The position numbers and the translations under genes are program-made. Below the pieces are notes generated by a model that saw only the letters and a program-made list of their open reading frames with translations, made no database searches and had not been told where the DNA came from. This document shows, piece by piece, positions 1-8,177 of a stretch of 64,000 nt of DNA. Within the stretch, counting starts at the first letter, position 1; each line of letters opens with the position of its first letter. Origin of the DNA: Deltaproteobacteria bacterium (GTDB lineage Bacteria > Myxococcota_A > UBA9042 > DTJE01); assembly GCA_029555025.1 (NCBI GenBank), contig JAKPTZ010000115.1:24898-88897 (forward strand), in the 5' to 3' direction.

Positions 1-1468
1 CGTTATTCAGAACGTCAATCGTCACGATGGCGTCAATATCCAGGATTCTTGCCTGCGTGCGCCCACCAAGCCGGAGAGCGGCGATCGCCTTGAATTCCCG
101 GGCGAAGTCATCGAACTCGGTCATCTTCAGCGACAGTCCCGCGGCCATCGGGTGTCCACCGTTTCGAAGCAGCATTCGATCCAGTTCCGCAAGTGCCGCG
201 CCCAGGTCGAAACCCTCGACGCTTCGACCAGAACCGGTTGCGATGCCCCCGTCTATAGAAAGGACGATTGAAGGGACGCGGAACTCCTCGACCAGCCGCG
301 CGGCGACGATGCCGAGCACGCCGGGGTGCCATCCCTCACCAGCAGCCACGATGGCAAAAGAGTCTTCCGTTCGCTCCGAAAGGACAGCGCGGCGGGCTTC
401 CTCAAGAACCTGGGCGCCGACTTCACGTCGCAGTGAATTGTCAACGTTGAGCCTGTCGGCCCATGCGGCGGCCTCTCGGTCGTCGCCCGCGACCAGCAGG
501 CTGAGGCTGGTGTCGGGGTGGCTCATGCGCCCGGACGCGTTAAGTCGAGGGGCCATCCTGAAGCTGATGCTTCCGGAGGTGATCGGGCCCCGGATCTCGG
601 AAACCGACCTGAGGGCCGCGATACCCGGTCTTGGCGCCCCGTTCATGCGCTCCAGGCCGGCCCGGACAAGAATCCGGTTGTCCTGAAGAAGCGGCATGAC
701 GTCGGCGACGGTTCCGATTGCGACCAGATCAAGGAACTGCCGGATGTCGGGCCCCGGAGCCGCAAGCCGGCCAGTGTCGATCATGTGTCTGCGGAGCGCC
801 CCGCAGAAGTAGAACGATATCCCGACCGCGGCGAGATCCTTGAACGGGAACGGACAGTCGTGCCGATGAGGATCAACGACGGCAACCGCCCGGGGCAGGA
901 CGGTTCCCGGCATGTGGTGATCCAGGATGACCAGATCCATTCCCAGGGATCCGGCGAATTCAACCGCATCGACCGCCTTGATGCCGCAATCGACGCAGAT
1001 GACGAGCCTGGTTCCCGACGCCGCGAGTTCGGCCAGCCGTTCCGTGTTCAGTCCATATCCGTCGGCTTCCCGATCCGGAAGAAAGGTCCGGGCATCAAGG
1101 CCCAGTTCCGCCAGGAAAAGCTTAAGGAGCGCCGTCGAGGTCATTCCGTCGGCGTCGTAGTCGCCATATATGCAGGTCGATTCGCGCATGGCGATCGCCT
1201 GGGCCACGCGTGCCGCGGCCGCTTCCATGTCCTTGAACAGGAACGGGTTGTTCAGTCGGGACAGGGAAGGATCCAGGAACGCGGAAATTTCAGCGTCGGA
1301 AACCAGCCCCCTGGCAAGCACGATTGAGGCGAGCGTCGGTGAAAGCCCGAATTCCGATTGGAGGCGGCCGACGGCTTTGGAGTCCGGCCCGAAAAATCTC
1401 CAGGAGTGGCTGATTGCGGGCTCATCCGGCATGGCCGGGATAGGTGGTGTTTCCCGCTCTATTGGCAT
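1..1468 (-). CDS. recJ: Single-stranded-DNA-specific exonuclease RecJ. The C-terminal part runs off the window; the N-terminus lies at 1468.
   Basis: Reverse-complement translation of ~60-160 reads ...GGHPMAAGLSLKMTEFDDFAREFKAIAALRLGGRTQARILDIDAIVTIDVLNN, which carries the RecJ DHHA1 GGGH-x-AAG motif. The frame (codon ends at 160 and 1468, both = 1 mod 3) is continuous with an ATG at 1466-1468 that overlaps the secF stop (TGATG). It is absent from the ORF track because no stop lies inside the window. All plus-strand ORFs here are Ala/Arg/Ser-rich shadow frames. Confidence 0.55.
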   Translation of the reverse strand, partial: MPIERETPPIPAMPDEPAISHSWRFFGPDSKAVGRLQSEFGLSPTLASIVLARGLVSDAEISAFLDPSLSRLNNPFLFKDMEAAAARVAQAIAMRESTCIYGDYDADGMTSTALLKLFLAELGLDARTFLPDREADGYGLNTERLAELAASGTRLVICVDCGIKAVDAVEFAGSLGMDLVILDHHMPGTVLPRAVAVVDPHRHDCPFPFKDLAAVGISFYFCGALRRHMIDTGRLAAPGPDIRQFLDLVAIGTVADVMPLLQDNRILVRAGLERMNGAPRPGIAALRSVSEIRGPITSGSISFRMAPRLNASGRMSHPDTSLSLLVAGDDREAAAWADRLNVDNSLRREVGAQVLEEARRAVLSERTEDSFAIVAAGEGWHPGVLGIVAARLVEEFRVPSIVLSIDGGIATGSGRSVEGFDLGAALAELDRMLLRNGGHPMAAGLSLKMTEFDDFAREFKAIAALRLGGRTQARILDIDAIVTIDVLNN

Positions 1469-2778
1469 CAGACTTTTGCGGTGAGGCGGTTCCTGCGCAG
1501 GTACTTGTCGAGAACCAGCGTCAGCGGTGCCGCGACGAAGATCGATGAATACGTTCCAATCAGGATGCCCGTGAGCAGCACGAATGCGAAGTCGGAGGTC
1601 GTTCCGCCGCCCAGAAGCCAGATCGAAAGAACCGTAAGCAGGGTGGTTCCGGAGGTGATAATGGTTCTGGACAAGGTCTCGTTCAGTGCGACGTTGATAT
1701 GCGTCCTGAGGTCGTTGCCGCGACCCTTGCCGATGTTTTCACGGATTCGGTCATAAACGATGATGGTGTCGTTGATGTCGTAACCGATGAGTGTCAGCAG
1801 CGCCGCCACGATCGGCAGAGTGAACTTGACGCCGAAGACGATCATCAGGGCCATGACGATGATGACGTCGTGAACGATGCACAGGATCGCGCCCGGGGCG
1901 AATTTCATGTCGAAGCGGATCGCGATGTAGATGAGGATGCCGATGACGGCGTAGAACAGGGCCAGCATGGCGGTGTTGAACAGTTCGTGTCCGACGGACG
2001 GGCTCACCGATGCGGTCGATATGACGCTTACGAACTTGTCCCCGAACTCGGAAGCCATGCGATCCGAGACCATGTCCTTGATGGCCTGGACTTCAACGAT
2101 GAACCGCGAATCCGAAATGCCCGCAATCCTGCGGGTCGCGTCCGTCTCGACCTTTTCGGCCTCGGCCTTCATGTCGACGTCCGAAGACGAAAGAAGCAGA
2201 TCCTTTTCGCGAAGCATGTCGGCGCGGATCCGTTCCTCCTTGTCGGAAATGACGGAAACGTGCTCGTGGCCGTTGGCCGCGAAGACCTTGCCGATCTCGG
2301 TCATGGCGGCATCGCGTGGCCACTCGTTGTTCAGGTACAGGTAGAACTTGTCTCCAGCCTCGAAGGGCGACTCGACAACGGTGCCCTTGCCGAAATGCAT
2401 CTCAATCTTCTTCGACAGCGCCAGCTTGTCGGTGGGAGAAAGCAGGCTTGGCAGTTCGGTGAAGATCTGGAATTTGACAGTATCCGAAGAGCCGCCGGAA
2501 CCGACGTCGAAGTCCTGAACCTCGACCTGGCTGCCCTTGATGCTGGTGTTGCTCTGCACCAGTTCATCGACGACCTTCTTGATGGTGTCGCGGTCGATGT
2601 TGCCGTCGGCCTTGAACTCGGTGATGATCTTCGTTCCGCCCTTGAAGTCGATGCCCTGATCGAATCCGACACCGAAAATGATGCCGAGGGAGACGACCAC
2701 TGCAACGATGGATCCCGCGACGAAGTAGCGGGCAAGTCTCATGAAATCGATTTCGGAACCCGGTTTGATAAATTCCAT
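1468..2778 (-). CDS. secF: Protein-export membrane protein SecF (436 aa, with a long periplasmic insertion)
   Basis: SecD/SecF-family C-terminal TM bundle (…LIYIAIRFDMKFAPGAILCIVHDVIIVMALM…GYDINDTIIVYDRIREN…). Sits immediately downstream of secD in the conserved yajC-secD-secF order. Confidence 0.9.
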   Translation of the reverse strand: MEFIKPGSEIDFMRLARYFVAGSIVAVVVSLGIIFGVGFDQGIDFKGGTKIITEFKADGNIDRDTIKKVVDELVQSNTSIKGSQVEVQDFDVGSGGSSDTVKFQIFTELPSLLSPTDKLALSKKIEMHFGKGTVVESPFEAGDKFYLYLNNEWPRDAAMTEIGKVFAANGHEHVSVISDKEERIRADMLREKDLLLSSSDVDMKAEAEKVETDATRRIAGISDSRFIVEVQAIKDMVSDRMASEFGDKFVSVISTASVSPSVGHELFNTAMLALFYAVIGILIYIAIRFDMKFAPGAILCIVHDVIIVMALMIVFGVKFTLPIVAALLTLIGYDINDTIIVYDRIRENIGKGRGNDLRTHINVALNETLSRTIITSGTTLLTVLSIWLLGGGTTSDFAFVLLTGILIGTYSSIFVAAPLTLVLDKYLRRNRLTAKV

Positions 2779-2793
2779 GCTATTGCTCCCGCC

Positions 2794-4647
2794 TTAGATG
2801 CCCGTTGAAATCTGACTGGGGCGGAACTTGTCCAGGTACCAGTCGTAAATAATGCGTGTCACGAACACCTGGGTCAGGAATGTGACAGCGATGCCGATGA
2901 GCAGCGTGACCGAGAATCCATAGACAGGTCCGCTCGAGAAGTTCAGAAGGATGACGCCGGCAATGGCCGTGGTGATGTTGCCGTCGAAAATTGCGGTGAA
3001 GGCACGGCTGTAGGCAGCCTCGACGACTGCCCGCGGGCCTTTGCCCAGGCGCATTTCCTCGCGCATGCGTTCCAGAATCAGGACGTTCGCGTCAACCGCC
3101 ATGCCGATGGTGAGCACGATACCGGCAAGACCGGGCATCGTGAGCGCGGCGTTGAAGCCGACCAGAATGGCGAGCGTGAAAAGGACGTTAAGAAGCAGTC
3201 CGATATCCGCGATGATTCCACCGGCGCGGTAGTAAACAACCATGAAGACGAAAACCGATATGATGCCGACGAGCAGCGCCACGATACCGGAATCGATAGT
3301 GTCCTGACCGAGGGAAGGTCCGACCTCGAAGTCGTGAACCTTGTGAACCGGGGCCTTGTAGGCTCCGTGCGTCAGAACGGTCACGAGAGACTGCGCGTCG
3401 GCGAGGATCTCGTTCGCCGCCCGGGCTCCGCCAAGCGAAATCCTGGCACGCCCGCCACCGATCTTTTCCTTGATCACCGGTGCCGAATTGACTTCCTCGT
3501 CAAGCATGATCGCCATGTACTCGCCGACGTTGGCCGCGGTGACCTGCTCGAACGCCTTTGCCCCCTGGCTGTCGAATTCGATGCTGACCGACGGCTCGCC
3601 TGTCGTTTCAAACTGAACCATGGCCTGGGTCAGGTGGTCGCCGGTGACGTCCGCCCGTGAAAACAGGTAATGGGTGCGGAAGAAGCGCCTGCGAACCTGA
3701 TTGCCGTCGCGATCCTCGACCAGTTCGTAACCGACCAGGTGATCGTCGTCAACGTGAAGCGTCTTGACGAACGAGATGAGCGCGTTTTTCGCGAGCGCGT
3801 CGCCCTTGCCCCTTGTCAGGCCGGCTTCGGCCGCCACGAAGAACTGGCCGGTGGTCGTATCCTGATCAAGTCGGAGCAGGTTGCCCTTCTCAGGGAACTT
3901 CTGCTGAAATTCGACCAGCTTCGCTGAATTGTTCTGGAAGAAGTTAACGGCCGTCTCGCTGCGATCGACGATGCGGAACGCCAGGCGCGCGGTCTGCCCG
4001 ATACGTTCCCTGACCGCGGTCAACTGGGTTCCCTTGACGCCGGGGAGCTGGATGTCGATATCCGTGTCCCCATTTTTTCGGACGTCCGGCTCGACCAGTC
4101 CGAATGCCTCGACGCGCTGGCGAATGACATCGACGGTCTGGTTGACGACTTCGTCCCGGATCTGGGCCACCCTCTGTTCCGACATCTTCAGAACGACGGC
4201 ATTTCCCGACGGAACCTGCCTGACCAGGTCGGGGCGGGCCTCGCGGACCATTTCGTTCGTAACGACATCGACGTCGTCTTCATTCGTGAAAGTGATCTGA
4301 AGGGAATCGAAATCGTAGCGTTCGACAGTGAAAAGCGCGGCGAGTTCGGCCTTCTGCTGATCCGTCAGGTTTTCCGCGTCCATTCCTTTTTCGGACGCCA
4401 GCCCTTCGGTGACCACCCCGGCAATCACGTCCCTGGCCCGCAGCATGTTGTCGCTGATGGCCTTCTTGTAATCGACGGTGTAGCGGAGTTCAAGGCCGCC
4501 CTGAAGGTCGAGACCGAAGGACAGGCTCTTCTTCAGAGGATTCCATGACGGATTAGAGTCGCCCAGCAGCGTCGGCGATATGTAAATCAACGCCAGCGTT
4601 GCCAGTGCTGCCACGAGGAGCAGCTTCCACATTTTCCACTTGTTCAT
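2794..4647 (-). CDS. secD: Protein-export membrane protein SecD
   Basis: 617 aa. N-terminal signal-anchor, a large periplasmic domain and a C-terminal 6-TM SecD/SecF domain (…LDLQGGLELRY…, …GPSLGQDTIDSG…). Lies between yajC and secF. Confidence 0.9.
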   Translation of the reverse strand: MNKWKMWKLLLVAALATLALIYISPTLLGDSNPSWNPLKKSLSFGLDLQGGLELRYTVDYKKAISDNMLRARDVIAGVVTEGLASEKGMDAENLTDQQKAELAALFTVERYDFDSLQITFTNEDDVDVVTNEMVREARPDLVRQVPSGNAVVLKMSEQRVAQIRDEVVNQTVDVIRQRVEAFGLVEPDVRKNGDTDIDIQLPGVKGTQLTAVRERIGQTARLAFRIVDRSETAVNFFQNNSAKLVEFQQKFPEKGNLLRLDQDTTTGQFFVAAEAGLTRGKGDALAKNALISFVKTLHVDDDHLVGYELVEDRDGNQVRRRFFRTHYLFSRADVTGDHLTQAMVQFETTGEPSVSIEFDSQGAKAFEQVTAANVGEYMAIMLDEEVNSAPVIKEKIGGGRARISLGGARAANEILADAQSLVTVLTHGAYKAPVHKVHDFEVGPSLGQDTIDSGIVALLVGIISVFVFMVVYYRAGGIIADIGLLLNVLFTLAILVGFNAALTMPGLAGIVLTIGMAVDANVLILERMREEMRLGKGPRAVVEAAYSRAFTAIFDGNITTAIAGVILLNFSSGPVYGFSVTLLIGIAVTFLTQVFVTRIIYDWYLDKFRPSQISTGI

Positions 4648-4706
4648 TCAGGACCCCCAGGCATACCGGTGGCTGGAAAGGCCACCGGGGGTGATCAACA
4701 AAGACA

Positions 4707-5105
4707 TCACTCCGGTTTATCGGTCTCGGCCGATTCCGTGAAGTGGCTGACAACCTGGTTCTTGACGATGCGGACGCGGACGTCCCTGGCCAGTTCCAGA
4801 GTCACGACGTCACCGGTCATGGTGACGATTCTTCCAATGAGACCTGCCGCAGTGACGACCTTGTCACCGTTCTTCAGCGAGGCAAGGAATTCTTCCTGCT
4901 TTTTCCGCTGCTTCTGCTGCGGGCGGATAATCAGCAGCCAGAATATCAGGATCATCACGCCGAAGAAAATCAGAGTCTGCCACCACTGGCCGCCCTGTCC
5001 ACCACCGAGAAGTCCACCCTGAGCCTGGGCGGGTTCGGCCGGTGCCGACGGGGTGGTTACCGGGGCCGTCTGGGCAACGCGCAAAACACTGGTAATGAAT
5101 GACAT
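4707..5105 (-). CDS. yajC: Preprotein translocase subunit YajC
   Basis: The ORF 4707..5150 contains a YajC core (TM helix IFFGVMILIFWLLIIRPQQKQRKK followed by …KNGDKVVTAAGLIGRIV…). An internal ATG at 5105 is preceded by GGAGG with 4-nt spacing on the minus strand, so the start is placed there. Confidence 0.8.
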   Translation of the reverse strand: MSFITSVLRVAQTAPVTTPSAPAEPAQAQGGLLGGGQGGQWWQTLIFFGVMILIFWLLIIRPQQKQRKKQEEFLASLKNGDKVVTAAGLIGRIVTMTGDVVTLELARDVRVRIVKNQVVSHFTESAETDKPE

Positions 5106-5319
5106 GAAACCTCCGTCCACAAAACGGACGCAGTCTTGTAGCAGAAACATCTTGAATCGTCAATCACATATACTTTCGACACGACTTGACTTCCCAGGCC
5201 CGGGCGGATAGTTTTTGCGGCACGTGCCGACCGCGATCCGGATCGCTTCCGGGATTTGCCGGGACGCCCTTTGATGGCCTTCGGTTCCCATCCGCAACGG
5301 CCAGGAGGTTACAGACAGC

Positions 5320-5916
5320 ATGGAAACTGGTTGCCCGGAAAGGGAAGAAAAGGGTGAGCAGGGCTCGCCGGCCGTCCAGGCCAGGCTTTTCGACAACAGA
5401 ACCATTGTTTTCGGATCGGAGGTTTCTCCGAAAACGGCGACCGCCTTGATCGAGCAGTTGCTTGCGATGGATGCGGCCGATCCGGCCGCACCGATCACAC
5501 TGTTCCTCAACTCTCCGGGAGGCGAGGTCAATTCCGGTTTCGCCATCTACGACGTAATCCGGTTCATCCGCCCTCCGGTCAGGATAGTGTGTACCGGGCT
5601 TTCGGCCAGCATAGCGGCGATCATTCTGCTTGCCGCCAGGCCCGAGCACAGGCTTGCCATGGCGAACGCCAGGCTTTTGCTTCACCAGCCGCTTTACAGT
5701 GGCGATGTAATCGGTCCCGCATCGGATCTTGAAATAACCGCGAACGAGATTCTGAAGTCGCGCGCCCGGATCAATTCGATAATCGCGTCGGCAACCGGTC
5801 GCGACCCTGATCAGGTTGGCGAAGACACCCAGCGGGATTTCTGGTTGACGGCCCCGGAGGCCGTGGAATACGGACTCGTTTCAAGAATCGTGTCGAGTTT
5901 TTCCGAACTGGGCTGA
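5320..5916 (+). CDS. clpP: ATP-dependent Clp protease proteolytic subunit ClpP. Carries the catalytic triad but has a truncated, atypical N-terminus.
   Basis: Aligns with ClpP: Ser in CTGLSASIAAIILL (equivalent to GQAASMG), His in LLLHQP, Asp in ASDLEI, and C-terminal RDFWLTAPEAVEYGLV. An AGGAGG RBS lies upstream. There is no adjacent clpX. It is divergent from yajC. Confidence 0.8.
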   Translation: METGCPEREEKGEQGSPAVQARLFDNRTIVFGSEVSPKTATALIEQLLAMDAADPAAPITLFLNSPGGEVNSGFAIYDVIRFIRPPVRIVCTGLSASIAAIILLAARPEHRLAMANARLLLHQPLYSGDVIGPASDLEITANEILKSRARINSIIASATGRDPDQVGEDTQRDFWLTAPEAVEYGLVSRIVSSFSELG

Positions 5917-5927
5917 CAGGCCCTGTT

Positions 5928-7280
5928 TCATCTGAAAAGTCCCAGCTTTCCAACAAGATTGGCAGCGACCTGCCTGCCCGGGACGAGCGGATGCGCCGTC
6001 AGCGCATCGATCGCCAGTTCGACCGCCCGCGCATTTTCGCCCCGCATCGCCGCGGTAACCGACTGGACGGCCAGCCTTTCGTATTCCTTGACCCTGACGG
6101 TCAGCGTAGCGTCGGCGGCCGGCATCCTGGCGTGTCGTCCAGGGATGATTCCGGCCGACCCAACGGTGCAGTCGGTTTCCACCACGTCATCGTCGTCCAG
6201 CTCCGGAATCGAGCCGCCATTCCGGACATTGAGCGCCATAAGCCGACCGTTCGTGGACGCCGACGACGCCAGGAGTTCCATCGCGACTTCGGCGTATCCG
6301 CCGATTTCCGTCTCAAGGTATTGAAGGGCCTCCGCCATGGTTGACGGCCCCGGCGTGCCGTGCCTGTGGCCCAGCGCATACGACATATACGTGTCGTTGC
6401 GGGAGAAGAGATATCTGGCGTAGTGGATGGTCTTTTCCCGCGATCCCATTCCGGGAAGGCTTTCAAGCAGTTCGGAGTTGCTTCGAAGAACGGCCTCGCC
6501 CCTGGTCAACGGTTCCGCGGCCATGGCTGCCAGGGCCTGATCCGCCCGAAGATAGTAGAAAAGATATTCGACCGGCACAGCCCCTGTCACGGCTGTCTCC
6601 TCCGCGTGCCAGGGGACTGTCCGTTCAAGAAACTCCCTGTCGGCCAGCGCCGCCGAAAGTATGTCCCGACCGCCGGCGGTAACCTTCCTGGTCCAGGACA
6701 GATGGTTCAATCCCCCGACTTCGAAGACAACGTCATGAAACGGGATCCCCGCCCATCCAGCGGCCTTCCTCGCCGCGCCCGTCGCCGAATCGCAGATGCC
6801 GACGGCCCTGTCGTGACCCTGATCGATCAGTGCCTGGGTCACCATGCCGGCCGGGTTCGTGAAGATGACCGGAAGGTACCCGGGGGCCAGCCTCTCGGCC
6901 AATTCGCAGTAACCCGTGACCGCCGGGATCGTCCTGGTCGCGAATGCGAGGCCCGCAGGCCCGGTCGTTTCCTGGCCAATGACTCCAAGGTCAAGGCAGG
7001 CCCTTTCATCAAGTGCCCGCTGCTTCTCGAAGCCGGGCCGAATCGTAAGGATCATGGCCTGGCAGCCTTCAATCGCGTCGCTCGCGCCGGAGGCGATCCG
7101 GAACGGCACGCTGGCGCCCAGGAACGCACACAGTTCAAGTCCGACCGGCATCAGCGCCTTGATGCGATCCGGACGTATGTCGAAAAGTGTTACCTCGTCG
7201 AAAGAGAAACCCGACCTGGCCACCGACGCCATCATCAGAGGAAGGCGGCTTGAGCCCGCACCGACGATACATAGTTTCAT
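5928..7280 (-). CDS. Glycoside hydrolase family 4 (NAD+/Mn2+-dependent 6-phospho-glucosidase-like)
   Basis: Starts MKLCIVGAGSSRLP, the GH4 Rossmann N-terminus (MKIxxIGGGS). The length fits GH4. The ATG at 7280 has a GGAG RBS. The upstream 39 codons of the ORF 5928..7397 run into the nadK 3' region and are probably not translated. Confidence 0.7.
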   Translation of the reverse strand: MKLCIVGAGSSRLPLMMASVARSGFSFDEVTLFDIRPDRIKALMPVGLELCAFLGASVPFRIASGASDAIEGCQAMILTIRPGFEKQRALDERACLDLGVIGQETTGPAGLAFATRTIPAVTGYCELAERLAPGYLPVIFTNPAGMVTQALIDQGHDRAVGICDSATGAARKAAGWAGIPFHDVVFEVGGLNHLSWTRKVTAGGRDILSAALADREFLERTVPWHAEETAVTGAVPVEYLFYYLRADQALAAMAAEPLTRGEAVLRSNSELLESLPGMGSREKTIHYARYLFSRNDTYMSYALGHRHGTPGPSTMAEALQYLETEIGGYAEVAMELLASSASTNGRLMALNVRNGGSIPELDDDDVVETDCTVGSAGIIPGRHARMPAADATLTVRVKEYERLAVQSVTAAMRGENARAVELAIDALTAHPLVPGRQVAANLVGKLGLFR

Positions 7281-7308
7281 TGGGTACTCCACCCCACGGG
7301 GTCGCAAA

Positions 7309-8175
7309 TCACCTGAAAAGCAGAAGCGGAGGGCCGTCGGGCGTAACCGTGATTCTGCTGCCGAAATCAACGGGAACCGCCGTTCGCCGGCCGTCAAGGT
7401 AAACCCCGGATCGAATCATGCGTGACTGCAAGACGATGCCTTCATCCCCCAGCATTCCGGAAACAAGCCGGTATCTGATCGAGTCCGGACGGCACCCGAA
7501 TGGTTCCCGGACAAGGTACTGCAGCCGGGTATCCTGCAGATCCTGAATCGAACCGCCCGCAGAGAGCATGGCGCCTGTTGAGCCGGCCGCCGTCGAGATC
7601 CAGACCCCCGAGCTCTTGTGGGTTTCGGACACCCCGGCCACCGTAATGACGTACCTGGATGTCGCCGACGGCACGACGTTGGCGAAAAGCACGTCGTTAA
7701 GGGCCGGCTGCGGGTGCCTTCTGCCGTCGATCGTGACGAAGGCGCGGGTCAGGCTTGCGGGCTGCTTCCGGTCGGAAAGGACAAGTTCCAGCAGCGACGG
7801 AAATCCTTCGGAGGTCGTGGCGCAGAAATGGCCGAAACTTGTCGATGGGGACGAGTTGACCGCCAGCAGCGGGGTGTTTCGGATGAACCTCGCGATGTCC
7901 AGGACGGTTCCGTCGCCGCCGACCGCAATCACGAGGTCGAATTTCTTCGACACGTTGTTTCTTCTGCGGGCGTGCGTGACTTCGATCCCGGCCTGCTCGA
8001 GTGTCCGCTTCACAACGGAAATCGTTTCAACAGTCTTGCGGTGTCCCGGTTCCTCGTCCGCCACCAGCGGATCCCCGGCATCAAGCAGCCGCTTCAGGGG
8101 CTGTGTCGCGTGCATGGATCTGCCCACGTCCATCAGCGTCGTCTTGGTGGCAAGCAGAACCCTTGAAATCTTCAT
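7309..8175 (-). CDS. nadK: NAD+ kinase
   Basis: GGDGT motif (DLVIAVGGDGTVLD), NAD-kinase fold, length 288 aa. The start abuts the stop of the upstream Lon-like gene (3-nt gap). Confidence 0.85.
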   Translation of the reverse strand: MKISRVLLATKTTLMDVGRSMHATQPLKRLLDAGDPLVADEEPGHRKTVETISVVKRTLEQAGIEVTHARRRNNVSKKFDLVIAVGGDGTVLDIARFIRNTPLLAVNSSPSTSFGHFCATTSEGFPSLLELVLSDRKQPASLTRAFVTIDGRRHPQPALNDVLFANVVPSATSRYVITVAGVSETHKSSGVWISTAAGSTGAMLSAGGSIQDLQDTRLQYLVREPFGCRPDSIRYRLVSGMLGDEGIVLQSRMIRSGVYLDGRRTAVPVDFGSRITVTPDGPPLLLFR

Positions 8176-8177
8176 CG

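Noticed and set aside
27-1327. Plus-strand ORFs 27..686 (219 aa) and 518..1327 (269 aa) at the left edge
   Set aside because: The translations are Ala/Arg/Ser/Pro-rich low-complexity sequence typical of an antisense frame in high-GC DNA. The opposite strand reads as a clean RecJ DHHA1 region in frame with an ATG that overlaps the secF stop. Both were treated as shadows of recJ.
1699-2808. 369-aa plus-strand ORF fully inside secF
   Set aside because: Acidic/His-rich nonsense translation. secF on the minus strand has unmistakable SecDF TM motifs. Shadow ORF.
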